Source: Paraspadella gotoi (taxonomy: Eukaryota > Animalia > Chaetognatha). Taken from it: DNA of 64,000 bases. Positions 24,101 through 38,400 of the stretch are shown in pieces. The position numbers and the translations under genes were made by a program. The stretch spans positions 13,631,326-13,695,325 of the forward strand of contig CM119267.1 in assembly GCA_051294375.1 (NCBI GenBank). The letters run 5' to 3'. The notes under the pieces were generated by a model, which saw only the letters and a list, made by a program, of their open reading frames with translations, made no database searches and was not told the DNA's origin. Position 1 is the stretch's first letter. Every line of letters begins with the position of its first letter.

Positions 24101-27100
24101 TGGTTTGCTTTAGTGTTGAATTAGTAGTAATTAGAATTAGGGTTGAATAGTTTGGGGTTAGGGTTAAGGTTCAGTAGTTTAGGGTTACGGTTAGGGTTAA
24201 TGTCTATTTTAAGGTTAAGATAAACAGTAAGCCGGCATTAGGGTTAGGGAAGGTACTGGCAATAGACATTAGGGATTAAAGTTGAGGTACGGAAATATAA
24301 GGGAGGCCCGGTCCCGGGTTAAGGATTGGGTTGGGAGACATGGAGTTAAACGGGAGGCCCGGGTTATGGTTGGGGGAGAGGCCCGCTGTTGAAGCATTCA
24401 AGGCGATTAGGGTTAGGGTTGAGGCACTGAAATATATGGGAAGCCCAGGCCCGGGTTAGAGTTGGGAGAGAGGCACGGAGTTGAACGGGAGGCCCGGTTT
24501 AGGGGAGAAGCCCATTGTTGATGTATCAAGGNNNNNNNNNNTGGGTTGAGGAATGGAGATATACTGGAGGCCAGGGCCTGGGTTAGGGTTGGGGGAGAGG
24601 AATGGAGTTGAATAGGAGGCCCTGGTAAGGGTTAGGAAAGCCCACGGTTGGCGCGTCGAAGGTGGTTAGGATTGAGGCATAGAAATGTATGGGAGACCTA
24701 GGCCCGGGTTAGGGTTGGGGGAAAGGCATGGAGATGTACGGGAGACCTGGGTTAGTGTTTAGTCTGGAGGGAAGGGCTCACAGGTGATGTATTTTTTAAG
24801 GCGGGCCAAAATTGAACACTTTTCATAACTTTTAATTCTCTCAAATAAATTCTTTTTTTCCTTCTATTACTAAATCGATTTTCAATACAACTTTTTGAAT
24901 TAGTTTATTGGGTTGTTGCACTGAAGCTTTTAAATATTTATTAATATGAAATTGGTACAACCAATATAAAAATTATCCATTCATTTAATAAATAAGCTAT
25001 CTTGCCCCTGACTTTGGACAGGCTTTGGTGGTTTAAGGCCTCCATCACTCTTACAAGATAATGACATAGCAGGTCGTATTTATCCTCATGTCTCAACTTC
25101 AGCCGCGAGCTTTTCCTTTAACTTGCGCCTTTCATTATATTCATTACTTTTATTACTGGCGAGGTCACCAGTGAGGGTACGGGTGACACCACCAGGGCTT
25201 TGGCAATATCGCCATAATAAAGTCGCTAACCAACTAGAACCAACAAACAATTGTGGCTCATACGTGAATCGCCGACGATATTGCTATTTGAATGAACTAT
25301 AAGCTAGGGTTTGGTTTGAAGTTCAGAAATAAACAAAAAGGGTTAAAATACAAGGGTTAAGGTTCCAGCTTGGCATGAGATAAGAGCTCCGGCCAGATAA
25401 AAATTCTGGCTGCGGCTCCGGCAAAAAAGCTCGGCTCCCGCGGCTCCAGCTCCACATCCCTAATGAGAAGCCTAATCTAAATTTTTAGCTACCTATGGTT
25501 ACACAGGAGCTATTTTCAATGTTAAAACCGTGACGACGATAACAAAGCAATACTAAATGGTTATCTACGCCCAAGATGGGCCTTAACTTAAGGCTTAAGC
25601 CCGTCTGGCGAGATAAAAACAAAATAAAGGGCAGAGCTTTGTCATTGTGTCCCACTTAGAAATTTTCTAATTAGTGAGATTCTCTGCTCTAACAGAAAAC
25701 GTTTGGAATAGCGAAATACCGGCATACAGTCGCGCAGAAACTTATTTAGATTTCAAATACATAAACACGTAAAGTTTTCGATTCTGGCCTTTACTTAGTA
25801 CATAAAATTACCACCTAATGGCTTTTTATACCTGAGGATTGACGGTGGACATTTGAGCTCCAATTGGAAAGGCGTTATTAAACTGAGCATCAGAGGCAAA
25901 TAGGTTTGATGAGGCCGCGGTAGCCACTGCAGGAACAACCCAAAAGCAATTAAACAAAAATCTCTCTCACTCTGACGCCTAAAAATAACCTGACAAATCC
26001 TGACCATTCTGAGGCCCAAAAAGATTGGCAGAGGGCTCAGGTGTCGTGCCAAAGGAGCTCTGTCCCGCAGAGCCGAAAGGGTTGTTTCCGGCCGGGGCGA
26101 CGCTCGATGACGTTGATATTAGTGCGAACAGGTCGTCGCTGGGCTTTGCCGTAGTCGCCGCCACAGCATTAGAGGAATCTAGAATAAATCACATGCGTGG
26201 TAAAAGTAAAATTCGAACAAAGATGTACGAACAGCATACCCGTTGATATGTCGATGCAAGTGCCGTTCTGAGAGACGCCGATTGCGGGAGACGTTGTCGC
26301 TGAATCGCGTCCCGAAGTATCGAACGCCGGACTTTCGATGGTTAATAAATCCAAAGCAGAGGACGTTAGTCGCGAATCGGCCTCGGCCTTTTAAAGGGGG
26401 TAGAGTAATTGAATAACAGAATGTTGTTAGCATGTCCGCAATAAATGGGGCTTCCAAAAATGCTCTTTCGCGAAACGATTAAGTGGGAGAAATACAAAGG
26501 TTTTCAAGAAATTGAATTTTCCATTAAAATTGTATATTTAATTTTTTTAAAAATTACCTTTAACGCCTCCATCCTGGCAGCCTCTTCAGCTATTAGTCTC
26601 TTCTTTTCCGCCTCAGAAATATTGATCACCGGTGTAGTAGAACCGCTCCCGCCAGCACCACTGCCAACAGTTTCTCCTGCAATGTGATAAGTACTAAGAA
26701 ATCTTTCCCTTGAATTTCAAGTTGAAATCAAACTTTCAATGTGTTACAATAAATTAGAATTTGTTACGAAAAAAAAAACATGATGGCAAGGAAGTTTTAT
26801 GGCTTATTTTTACATTCGCCGACCGGGATTTTGCGGTCTGTTATTTGTTTTTTCGCTTCTTATGAGCGACATATAGAAATCTCGCTACTCAAAAATAAAA
26901 AAAGGATACTGGTAAGGGTAGAAAAACTTTTTATTACAAATCCCTAACCACCCCTAAGCCTAACCACCCCTAATCCCTAACCAACCTTAACCCAATTGCT
27001 AACCGTTTAAAAAAACATAATATAAAAATATTGTTTTTCCTTTCCTTTCTTTTCCTCATTTGTTTACGTACAAGGAGTTTTATTAAGAAACAAATTTCAT

Positions 27101-30100
27101 GTTTCGGCATCAATGTAAACCTTCATCCAGCGCAAAAACGAATCGATTTGTAAAAACAAATATTCACAAATTTTGAAGTTTGAAGAAAGAAAAGGAGAAA
27201 GAAAGTGTGAAAATATTTGTTTCGCAAATCTGTTTTTGCGCTGATGAAAGCTTACATTGAAGCTGAAACATGTCCAAAATTTATGTTTATGTTTATGTGG
27301 GGCAAACTGCCAATTAACATTGTAAATAAACAGACTTTTAATTTGCATACATATTTGCCTAAAAACGATTTAATTGAATCCCATCTCCCGGATTCGATCC
27401 CGGGACTTATTATCCAAGAATNNNNNNNNNNNNNNNNNNNNNNNNNNNNNNNNNNNNNNNNNNNNNNNNNNNNNNNNNNNNNNNNNNNNNNNNNNNNNNN
27501 NNNNNNNNNNNNNNNNNNNNNNNNNNNNNNNNNNNNNNNNNNNNNNNNNNNNNNNNNNNNNNNNNNNNNNNNNNNNNNNNNNNNNNNNNNNNNNNNNNNN
27601 NNNNNNNNNNNNNNNNNNNNNNNNNNNNNNNNNNNNNNNNNNNNNNNNNNNNNNNNNNNNNNNNNNNNNNNNNNNNNNNNNNNNNNNNNNNNNNNNNNNN
27701 NNNNNNNNNNNNNNNNNNNNNNNNNNNNNNNNNNNNNNNNNNNNNNNNNNNNNNNNNNNNNNNNNNNNNNNNNNNNNNNNNNNNNNNNNNNNNNNNNNNN
27801 NNNNNNNNNNNNNNNNNNNNNNNNNNNNNNNNNNNNNNNNNNNNNNNNNNNNNNNNNNNNNNNNNNNNNNNNNNNNNNNNNNNNNNNNNNNNNNNNNNNN
27901 NNNNNNTTTTAAGCTGAAAATTAACTTTTTATATATTAAATATTAAAGCGTAGTGAAAGTTACATACAAAAATTTTAAAAAACAATTATGAACAACANNN
28001 NNNNNNNGATATAAAGAAATATATATATTTTGAAAAATTCCTTCATTAAGTGGGTAAAAAATTAGAAAAAGCTATATTTTAAGCTGAAAATTAACTTTTT
28101 ATATATTAAATATTAAGGCGTAGTGAAAGTTACATACAAAAATTTTAAAAGACAATTATGAACAACATACCATCAGTAAACATTAATTTGTAAAAAAAAT
28201 TAATTTTATGCTTTTTAATTTTCGCAGTAAGCTATATTTATATATAGTACTATCCTTATAAAATCAAAAAATTTCAAAATAGGCTTTTTTTAATTTTGAT
28301 TGCAGATTTGAATTCCTCGTCAAAAGTTGCTAAAAGAAAATATAAATCATTTTTAAAAATTCTTTCATTAAGTGGGTTAAAAGTTAAAAAACCATATTTA
28401 ACATATAAAAAGTTAATTTTCAGCTTAGAATATAGCTTTTTCTAATTTTTGACCATTTTTATCAACTTTTTATGACGAATCCAAATCTCTAAAAAAATCT
28501 TAGAAAAAACTGTTTTGAAATTTTAACATTTATTGGTTTAGTACTAATGTAAATATGGCCTACTGCGTAAATTGTAAAATTTATTATCAATTTTTGTATT
28601 ATATAAATGTTCATTAGTATAATATTGTTCGTTCCTCACTTTTAAAATTTTAATTAAAGTTAAATTTAGAAATTTTACTACGCCTTATTAAATATAGTTT
28701 TTTAAAAATTATATACTGAACAAAAAAATGTATATTATTTCGCAAACTGAGACTCGACGCTAGAGGCAAAACAAAATTAAATGGATTAACAAAGCACCGA
28801 CCGGTGGTAGCTAAAGATGGTTGCGGACGTCGAATAGTAAAGTTACCCGAAAGTATTTTATTAAGGTCTAAACAAAATAAATAAATCGACGAGAGCAACG
28901 ACCAGCAAAATCTGCATTCTGCAAATTAAACTCAAAGCCAACGGAAGAGGAACCCTCTTCGCAAAAACGATCATAACATTCTAATGGGATGAGGAAGTTT
29001 CGACCCAAAAACCTCAAAAGAATAATCATATTTCACCTCTCCGCTATCATGAAACTATCTTACTAATCTTTAGCATAATCGTCTCCAAAATTCTGATCAT
29101 AAAACAAATATAGGATAAATATTATTAACTGGATATCTCAATCTAATGAATTCGCTTTATAACTAAATAGAACTTAAAAACAATTCTATCTTGTGCATCT
29201 GTAAAATGAATGTAATTTCCGGTTAAAATTTCTAAAAGTAAAACATATTCTCAACACATTCTATGTTTACAAGTAAAAACCGGTGAGAACTTTTGCCGTT
29301 CTCTTCAGTTTCACGGATTTCGTGAGCACTCGATCCTCACAAACATTCTCCTCTAATTCTCAAATCGGGAAACAGAGATCAGGATTCTAGATGTCGAACA
29401 AAAATGACGCAAAAGATAATTTTCTTTTCCATTCTATAATGCATTATTTTCAGAAAAAAGAAAAAAAATGTCAATGAAAAAATAAATGCTAATTTAGGAA
29501 AAATCAACAGTAAAATTCTATTTATTAAAAAAAAAATCAAGTAGTGACGAGGATTAGAGGTTAATGATATTTTTCTTTAAAAACTAATTATAATAAGTAT
29601 ATAAATATTAAACATATTAAGTAAAAAAAAGATTCACATCCGATATCCTTGTTGGCAAAAGAGTGAACGAGAGCGAGGGATTGAATAGGGAGAAGAAAAC
29701 AGTCCTCTGAGCCGACCAATTAGAAACGATCAACTTTTATAATCAAACGGAGAACATCATTAAACTTAGTTCTTTAACAATGCAAACTTAAATAAAACTG
29801 ATTTTTCAAATAACTAAAAAAAGTAATATACGACGTAAGACAATTTTGGCCTCGCGTTTAAATTCTAAAAACACGTCTAAGTATTGTGGCTAAATACCAA
29901 TGCTCACAAACAACTCACCGATGCTTCACATCGCTAATCATTAACCAATAATCATCAAATCTGGATCCTCGTGTTGTGTCCAGAAAGAAAACCGATTCAC
30001 GAGTGATGCCGAGCGAGAGCAATCAACATCTGAAATCAGTCGTTCCAAGAGCGTCTTTACGCCATCAGGAACCACATCGATTTAAACTTCTGGGTGAAAA

Positions 30101-33100
30101 CGTCAAACGTAAAACGTTAATATTTTTTATCGTTTGTTTAGTCGCGACTATTTTTTTTCTTGGGGCAACTCAAAATTTCGGTATAAAAATGCAAGGTTGG
30201 AAAGAATATGCAACCTTTACTGAAAACAACTCAACCGAAGATATGACTATCGTTGTTCGGCCCCAACGCCGAGCACTCGAGACACAGCTATTCACTTTGG
30301 ACCAACAAGACGAACGGAAAAAACGCGTAAACGAGATTTGCGACCTGTACGATTTAAGAGGTTCTGCGTTGGAGTTGGATAACTCAGACTTGAAACAGAT
30401 TATTGTTGATGACAAAAACGAAATACTCTATTGCTACATTCCCAAGGTAACCAAGTCCAAAAAATTTAGGGTGGACCAAAATCTACAAACCGTTCATCAG
30501 CGGCCATTGGTGCAGGAGACAAGTTATTCGCCTCCAAACCCAAAGGTCCGGGGTTATAGCCCAGTGGTCGCCTAGCAGTTAAGAGGGACGGGGCGCTTAA
30601 CTGGCCTGTAACATGGTGTTACAGCCTGATCCGCAGCTCAGGAACTTCTTATATTGAACTTTTCTATTAGTATCACTAACTTATAATAATTGGGAGAGAC
30701 AGAATAATTGTTATATCCCATTATTAGTAAGTACAACTAATTTAAGAATCTCGTCTCGACAGTCATAAAATTATTAGTCAGAATTTTTTGTTTAAGTAAT
30801 AAAAGTAAAAGGAAATAGCAGCCAATTAATTTAAAACTTATTCCCTGCAGGTCGCCTGTACCAATTGGAAAAGAATCATGATGATTCTTACTGGCGCGGC
30901 TAAAGGCGAAACTAACCCTCTCGAAATTCAGGCATCGGACTCACACATAAAGAGCGGGTTTAAAACTCTTAATCAATATACAGACGCCGAAATTGTATTC
31001 AAAGTTAAAAACTACCTAAAATTTATGTTCGTGAGGCATCCATTTGAACGTCTCCTTTCCGCCTACAAAAACAAATTCAGTGAGCGCTACTCGGTGTATT
31101 TCCAGAAGAAGTTCGGCCGAAAGATTATTCGACGCTACCGGCCAGATGCCAAAACTGAGTCAATCGTATTCGGAAATGATGTAACGTTTCGAGAATTCGT
31201 CACCTACGTTCTCGACCCACGCACCCACGTCGAGGGGCTGAATGAACATTGGCGTCAGTATTATAAACTTTGTCATCCATGTCATATTGGTTATGACGTA
31301 ATCGGAAAATACGAAACCCTATACAGCGATGCCAAACTCGTATTGGATCGTGCCGGCATTGGTGACCGAGTGACATTTCCTACCTACTCGCCAGTGGTTG
31401 CTCAAAAACTCAAAACAATTGACTACATACGAGATTTTTATGCAACGATTCCAGAACAGGATTTGAAAGACTTGAAAGCTACTTATGGCTTGGACTTCGA
31501 ATTTTTCGGATATAAATATCCGTTTTTGAATGATTCCTCTCCACAATAGAAAATAAACAAAAATACGAAAAAAACAAACAAAAAACACAGCTTTAAATGG
31601 TTGAGCGTCTTGAAAAAATAATTCATGAATCTGAGTATCGACTAAAAATAATTAATCCATAGAATAGTTGTTAGTGACATTACGAAAAAAAAGTCTTCTC
31701 TCATAAATAATGTTTTGTTTTGATCTCTAAAACTTATCTCGCCTACACTTGTACACTTATATTTATGACCATTAAACCACACTATCTCAATTAATCGCAT
31801 GCAAACTTCACACGGCTGTAGTATAAACTTACTAGAATGCATTAGCTTTTAATTTTTTTTTTTGTCGCTCATAAAAATTAAATTATGATCACGTTAAAAA
31901 GTTATTAAAAAAACTAAAGACAAATTAAAATAAAATTAAGACGCCGAAACTCGCTGTCATGCATAATCTAAAGTAAAAAGTTTGAGCAAACAATGTCGGA
32001 TCTACCCACGATCATTATCTGTAATTAATTAATTTATTTAAGTTAATTTAATTAATTAGGCAATTAATTAATTAATTTGATCCGAAATGTTTGTTGATTA
32101 AATTGATGATTAATTAATTATTGATTAAATTTCATTCCAATCCATCCATCCAATCACGAGTAATTGGTGTTTTTTGCAAAGGTGGCGGACGGACGGACGG
32201 ACACTCTTTTTTTTGCATAATTTTTTCATAATTGATGGTTCTGATATGAAAATAAGTGAATGCCCGACAAGATTAAGGGGGCGGACCGACGGACCGACAA
32301 AGTGAATTATAGAGTGCAATGTGTAAGCACCGACACGGCTTCGAATCTCCCGCCACAACATTAAAAAAAATAAATTCTTAAAACAAGTTTGATGCACAAC
32401 AATGTCGGTAATCTGCTCTAGCGATAATTAAGCGNNNNNNNNNNNNNNNNNNNNNNNNNNNNNNNNNNNNNNNNNNNNNNNNNNNNNNNNNNNNNNNNNN
32501 NNNNNNNNNNNNNNNNNNNNNNNNNNNNNNNNNNNNNNNNNNNNNNNNNNNNNNNNNNNNNNNNNNNNNNNNNNNNNNNNNNNNNNNNNNNNNNNNNNNN
32601 NNNNNNNNNNNNNNNNNNNTAATCAGCTAATCAGATGATAAATCACAATATTTTAAAAACAAATTTTTTAATCGCATCATTTTTTCAAACTTGCATCATT
32701 TTTTCAAACTTGCATCATTTTTTCAAACTTGCATCATTTTTTCAAACTTGCATCATTTTTTCAAACTTGCATCATTTTTTCAAACTTGCATCATTTTTTC
32801 AAACTTGCATCATTTTTTCAAACTTGCATCATTTTTTCAAACTTGCATCATTTTTCACATTAATTAATTAAAACATAAGTATTAAGTAATCATAAATAAT
32901 AAAGATTCAAGTAAATGTGACTTGTTTTTTCCATTTAAACTCATTTCCACTGGCACGATTCCGTCAAAACTTTATATCTAGCTTCTTCACACACTTTCCT
33001 ACCCACACACAAAATTTCATTACAATCCAACCACCCAATCACGAGTTATTGGAGCTTTTTGCTAAGGTGGGACGGACAGACAGACGGATATTTGTTTGCA

Positions 33101-35412
33101 TAATTTATCATAAATCGATGTTCTGACCAGAGATGCATGTTTTTTGAGGTGGCGAACTCGGACTAGAGATAAAAATTGGGGAGAAGGGAGGCGAACGCGG
33201 AGGCGCAAAAATTCTGAAGCGTTTATCAGCTGCCATTGTTTTTTTATTAACACATTTTTTATTCAAAAAGAAAATATTTTTAGTTCTGTTTATATTTATC
33301 TAATAAGTTGTACATCAGCATATATTTTCATATCATTTTCTTTTAATACATTCATTCACTCAATTTATTCCCTTTNNNNNNNNNNNNNNNNNNNNNNNNN
33401 NNNNNNNNNNNNNNNNNNNNNNNNNNNNNNNNNNNNNNNNNNNNNNNNNNNNNNNNNNNNNNNNNNNNNNNNNNNNNNNNNNNNNNNNNNNNNNNNNNNN
33501 NNNNNNNNNNNNNNNNNNNNNNNNNNNNNNNNNNNNNNNNNNNNNNNNNNNNNNNNNNNNNNNNNNNNNNNNNNNNNNNNNNNNNNNNNNNNNNNNNNNN
33601 NNNNNNNNNNNNNNNNNNNNNNNNNNNNNNNNNNNNNNNNNNNNNNNNNNNNNNNNNNNNNNNNNNNNNNNNNNNNCATCATTTTTTAAACTTGCACCTT
33701 TTTTGATTTGCATTATCATTTTTTCAACATTATTTTTTTAACATGCATTATTTTTTATTTACATTATTTTACAACTTGAATCATTTTTTTAATTTGCATT
33801 ATTTTTTAAACCTGTATCATTTTTTGAATTGCATTATTTTTTTTAATTTGTATTATTTTTCAACTTGCATCATTTTTTCACTTTGAATCTTGGATCATTT
33901 TTTTAACTTACATCATTTTTTAAACTAGCTTCATTTTTAAACTTCCATTATTTTTTTTCATTTCATTTTTTAACTTGTATTATTTTTTTAACTTGTATTA
34001 TTTTNNNNNNNNNNNNNNNNNNNNNNNNNNNNNNNNNNNNNNNNNNNNNNNNNNNNNNNNNNNNNNNNNNNNNNNNNNNNNNNNNNNNNNNNNNNNNNNN
34101 NNNNNNNNNNNNNNNNNNNNNNNNNNNNNNNNNNNNNNNNNNNNNNNNNNNNNNNNNNNNNNNNNNNNNNNNNNNNNNNNNNNNNNNNNNNNNNNNNNNN
34201 NNNNNNNNNNNNNNNNNNNNNNNNNNNNNNNNNNNNNNNNNNNNNNNNNNNNNNNNNNNNNNNNNNNNNNNNNNNNNNNNNNNNNNNNNNNNNNNNNNNN
34301 NNNNNNNNNNNNNNNNNNNNNNNNNNNNNNNNNNNNNNNNNNNNNNNNNNNNNNNNNNNNNNNNNNNNNNNNNNNNNNNNNNNNNNNNNNNNNNNNNNNN
34401 NNNNNNNNNNNNNNNNNNNNNNNNNNNNNNNNNNNNNNNNNNNNNNNNNNNNNNNNNNNNNNNNNNNNNNNNNNNNNNNNNNTAACTTGTATTATTTTTT
34501 AACTTGTATTATTTTTTAACTTTTAACTATTTTTTAATTTGATATTTAAAACAACTTTTCTTTATTGGTCATCCAATTTCATCTTCAGTAAAAAACTGAA
34601 TCTTTTATAAAAATAAAATCATTATAAATTAATTAAATGATTAAAATTATTAAAATTCATTTACACCATTAAATTAAGANNNNNNNNNNNNNNNNNNNNN
34701 NNNNNNNNNNNNNNNNNNNNNNNNNNNNNNNNNNNNNNNNNNNNNNNNNNNNNNNNNNNNNNNNNNNNNNNNNNNNNNNNNNNNNNNNNNNNNNNNNNNN
34801 NNNNNNNNNNNNNNNNNNNNNNNNNNNNNNNNNNNNNNNNNNNNNNNNNNNNNNNNNNNNNNNNNNNNNNNNNNNNNNNNNNNNNNNNNNNNNNNNNNNN
34901 NNNNNNNNNNNNNNNNNNNNNNNNNNNNNNNNNNNNNNNNNNNNNNNNNNTACGCCATTGATTAGACCATTAATAAGGATTTCTTATGATATAAAATATT
35001 TTTAAAATTCAATCAAAACCATGCTTAAAATGGTCTTTTTTTGCCAATTTTACTGTGTTAGATAAAAAATTTAACAGAATAGTAAATGAATTCAAAACCA
35101 AATGAAACTTATACATAAAAAACGTCAAGTAGTTCTCCAACTAATGATATATTTATTAATTATGTTTATTAAGTATAGTAAAGATTTTTTTGGTGTCACT
35201 CGCGAACGGACACGGGGTATGTCTCGATCGAAGCATTTTAATCATATCAACGATATATAGAAATAATAATTTTGATTTATAAAATATTCTTTTCAAATAC
35301 CATTGTATTAAACCTTTCAGCTTCGTTGAGTTTAGAGATTTAATCAAAGTTTGAAAATAAGTTCATCAACGATTTTATTTGTGTACGTGTACGTGTTTCG
35401 ACTCTTTTATTT

Positions 35413-35451
<39 letters not shown>

Positions 35452-38400
35452 AAGAGAAAGCAAAAAGTTTCCAACACAGAGATAGTGGTTTAAAGAATGA
35501 GTAGTTGAGTACAGTTTAAGTTGAGGACAGATCACCAATTGACCATTTCACTTCTTTTCACAACTGATCAGTCCTCAACTTAAACTGTACTCATTCTTTA
35601 AACCACTATCTCTGTGTTGGAAACTTTTTGCCCTCTCTCTCTCTCTCTCTCTCCCTTCTTTTGCACAAATTTGTAAATGTTTTATTAACGCTGATGAAGG
35701 CTCGAAATAAAAGAGTCGAAACATGTCCGTACACAAATAAAATCGTTGATGAACTTATTTTCAAACTTTGCTTAAATTTTCAAATACCAAAATGTTGTTA
35801 ATGCTGCATTAACTGCTCAGTTTAAGACCTTGAAAGCGATTTACATGTATTGGCGCAGCCACTGGTCCCTGTTCTAATTAAAATGTGACGGGACTGGTTT
35901 AAACACGCTAGTGGCAGGAGGCACGAGGCAGTTACGCAGCCCATTCGCCAGTTCAACGTCGGATTCCCCGGGTGACGGGCATCACAGGCAATATCACTAT
36001 TGCCAGAGTACAATATTAAAAATGGAATTACGATCGACTAGAGATATAAGAAAATTAGAAAAACTCAATACTCCAAGAGTATTATGACATTTTTATATAA
36101 TACCGTACCTCAAATTACGCGATTAAAAAAAGAATTTTGAATCAGTTTAAAGGTTACCAAAACAGGTTCTGAACAGCCGAGACAAAATTCTACACACTTA
36201 ATCTTTGTAACTGTAAAAACCTGAATTAGGAGCCGGCGTGGTCCTCCCGCATTTTTTTCCACCTTTTTCATCCATGGAGTTGTAATGCTGTTCCAAGGCC
36301 TCAAGAAGTGAACTGGGGGCTTTAGCTAGGTCGGGTATGCCACCTTTGTCGATTCCCACTTGTTCTGCAACCTAATGCGGTTAAAATATTATAGTCATGA
36401 AAGAAACCATATTATACAAAATATTTAGATATTGGTGCTTTATACAAACTCGGTAAAAAAACACCACAGAAGCGTTTCANNNNNNNNNNNNNNNNNNNNN
36501 NNNNAGAAAAGATTTTACAGAGACGATTATATCAATTGTTATCTCTCTTAACGAATGGAATCACGATTCATCACATAGAGATATAAGAAAATTTATAGCA
36601 AACAACTTCCAAAGATACTCCATGACAAGTTTATTGAAACATAAACTCAATTACTCGAGATCACTCTCAATTTATGGCAAATTATTATATACACAGAATT
36701 TGAATCAGTTTAAACGATTCCAAAAACAGGTTCTGAACAAGACCACAGAGAAGCAAAATTTCTTACACACTACACTCATTTGTAAGCTGTAAACTCACCG
36801 TGAATTAGGTAGGCCGGCGTGGAGCATCCAATATTTTACTTTTTCATCCATGGAGTTGTAATGCTGTTCGCAAGGCCTCAAGAAGTGAAACTGGGGGCTT
36901 TAGCTAGGTTCGGGTATGCCACCTTTTTGTCGATTCCCACTGTTGTTCTGCAACCTAATGCGGTTAAAATATTATAGTCATGAAATGCATATTATACAAA
37001 TATTAGGTTATTGTGCTTTATCAAAAACTCGGTAAAAACACTACAGAAGGCTTCATATTATAAAATGAGGTACCCCTTTTTGGTGACCAGAATCTGTTCC
37101 CACCAAACTACCCGATCGAATTTAATGAAATTTTACATTTAGAGTTCTATTCTATGCATGGTTCATCCTTTTCTTTCAATTTTCTCAAATTCTTCCAAAT
37201 CTGACTGGTACAGCTGATGTTCATGAAACTCAAAATTAAGGTAAACTAATATTTTTGAGGTAATAAATACATTTCTGTGGAAGAGTAAACGTTTATGCGT
37301 CTGTTCAAAATAAAAATACTGAAAAAATTTGAAAACAATTTTTTCCCCCCTCGCCTCGATAATTCTATTTGTATTCACATAGGGATCGTTCATACCAAAT
37401 TCCAATAAATTTGGTCCAGTAGTTTTCTCGGAACGGTCACAAAAAAGGGGTACCTCATTTTATAATACAGGGGTGGGACCATATATCCAAACAAAATTTA
37501 AAAAATCATTACTCTAAAACCCATAATGATTTTTAAAATCAGAATAAATATTTGTATAATAATCACTCTTTACTTTTAGATGAAATCTTAATCTTTTTAA
37601 ATTTCTTTGATATTATGCTTTTTTGATGCAGCAAAGGCAACTGCTCGGTTTTCTCCGCGCGGTTTTGAAAAAAAATGTATGAAAACTTATTGTTTAATCT
37701 CATTCCAAGACACAAAAGTTAAAAATAGTTTTGGAAATACTTATTATAGTATAATAATGTTTCTGGCAAGGTGTACGTTGTACTTTTTTTGGTTTAGTTT
37801 GATATTTTTATTCATGAAAATTATTATTATGGCTTAATTTTTATTAAAATTTATTTTTATTTTTATTGCCAGATAATTAAGTTAATCATGTAAGATTTCT
37901 GAATACAATAAAAGGGTCAAAATGATAAGAAATATATTAAGTATTTAACTATATAAGCATATTTGTTAAAATCTTTCACTAAAATTTATCTTAACTGAGG
38001 CGGAAAAAAAATGTTTAATTTGAATAGATGATGAAAGCTTAAAAATCAAAGGTCAATTGAAAGATAACATAAACACTGGTCAATGTTCAGAAATACAACC
38101 ACTGAAAAATATTAAAAAGTATGGCTTTATCATATGCAATACAATGTGCGCGAAATAAAAAACGACTGTTTGATAACGCCCCTGCAAAAAATTTATTTCC
38201 TTCATTTTATATAGTAAAAAGCGACTTTATCAACTCAATTTAATTATTGCATCTCAAATCATTCGGACAGGCAGGAGGTTAAGTGTTGTCTCGATAATAG
38301 CGTCCCACCCCTGTATGAAACCTTCTTAGTACTTTTTAAAATAGTAACAATCTTCCCAAAATAAAAATTCGTGAAAAAACGTTTCTAGAGGAATTTTTTT

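Noticed and set aside
30447-30575. C-terminal extension of ORF 29976-30575
   Set aside because: Read-through into the intron/LTR; splicing at 30446 restores the conserved PKVACTNW motif.
32672-32856. CRISPR-like array
   Set aside because: Head-to-tail 19-bp units with no unique spacers; eukaryotic context.
27217-34958. Long ORFs containing runs of X
   Set aside because: Artefacts of N gaps.
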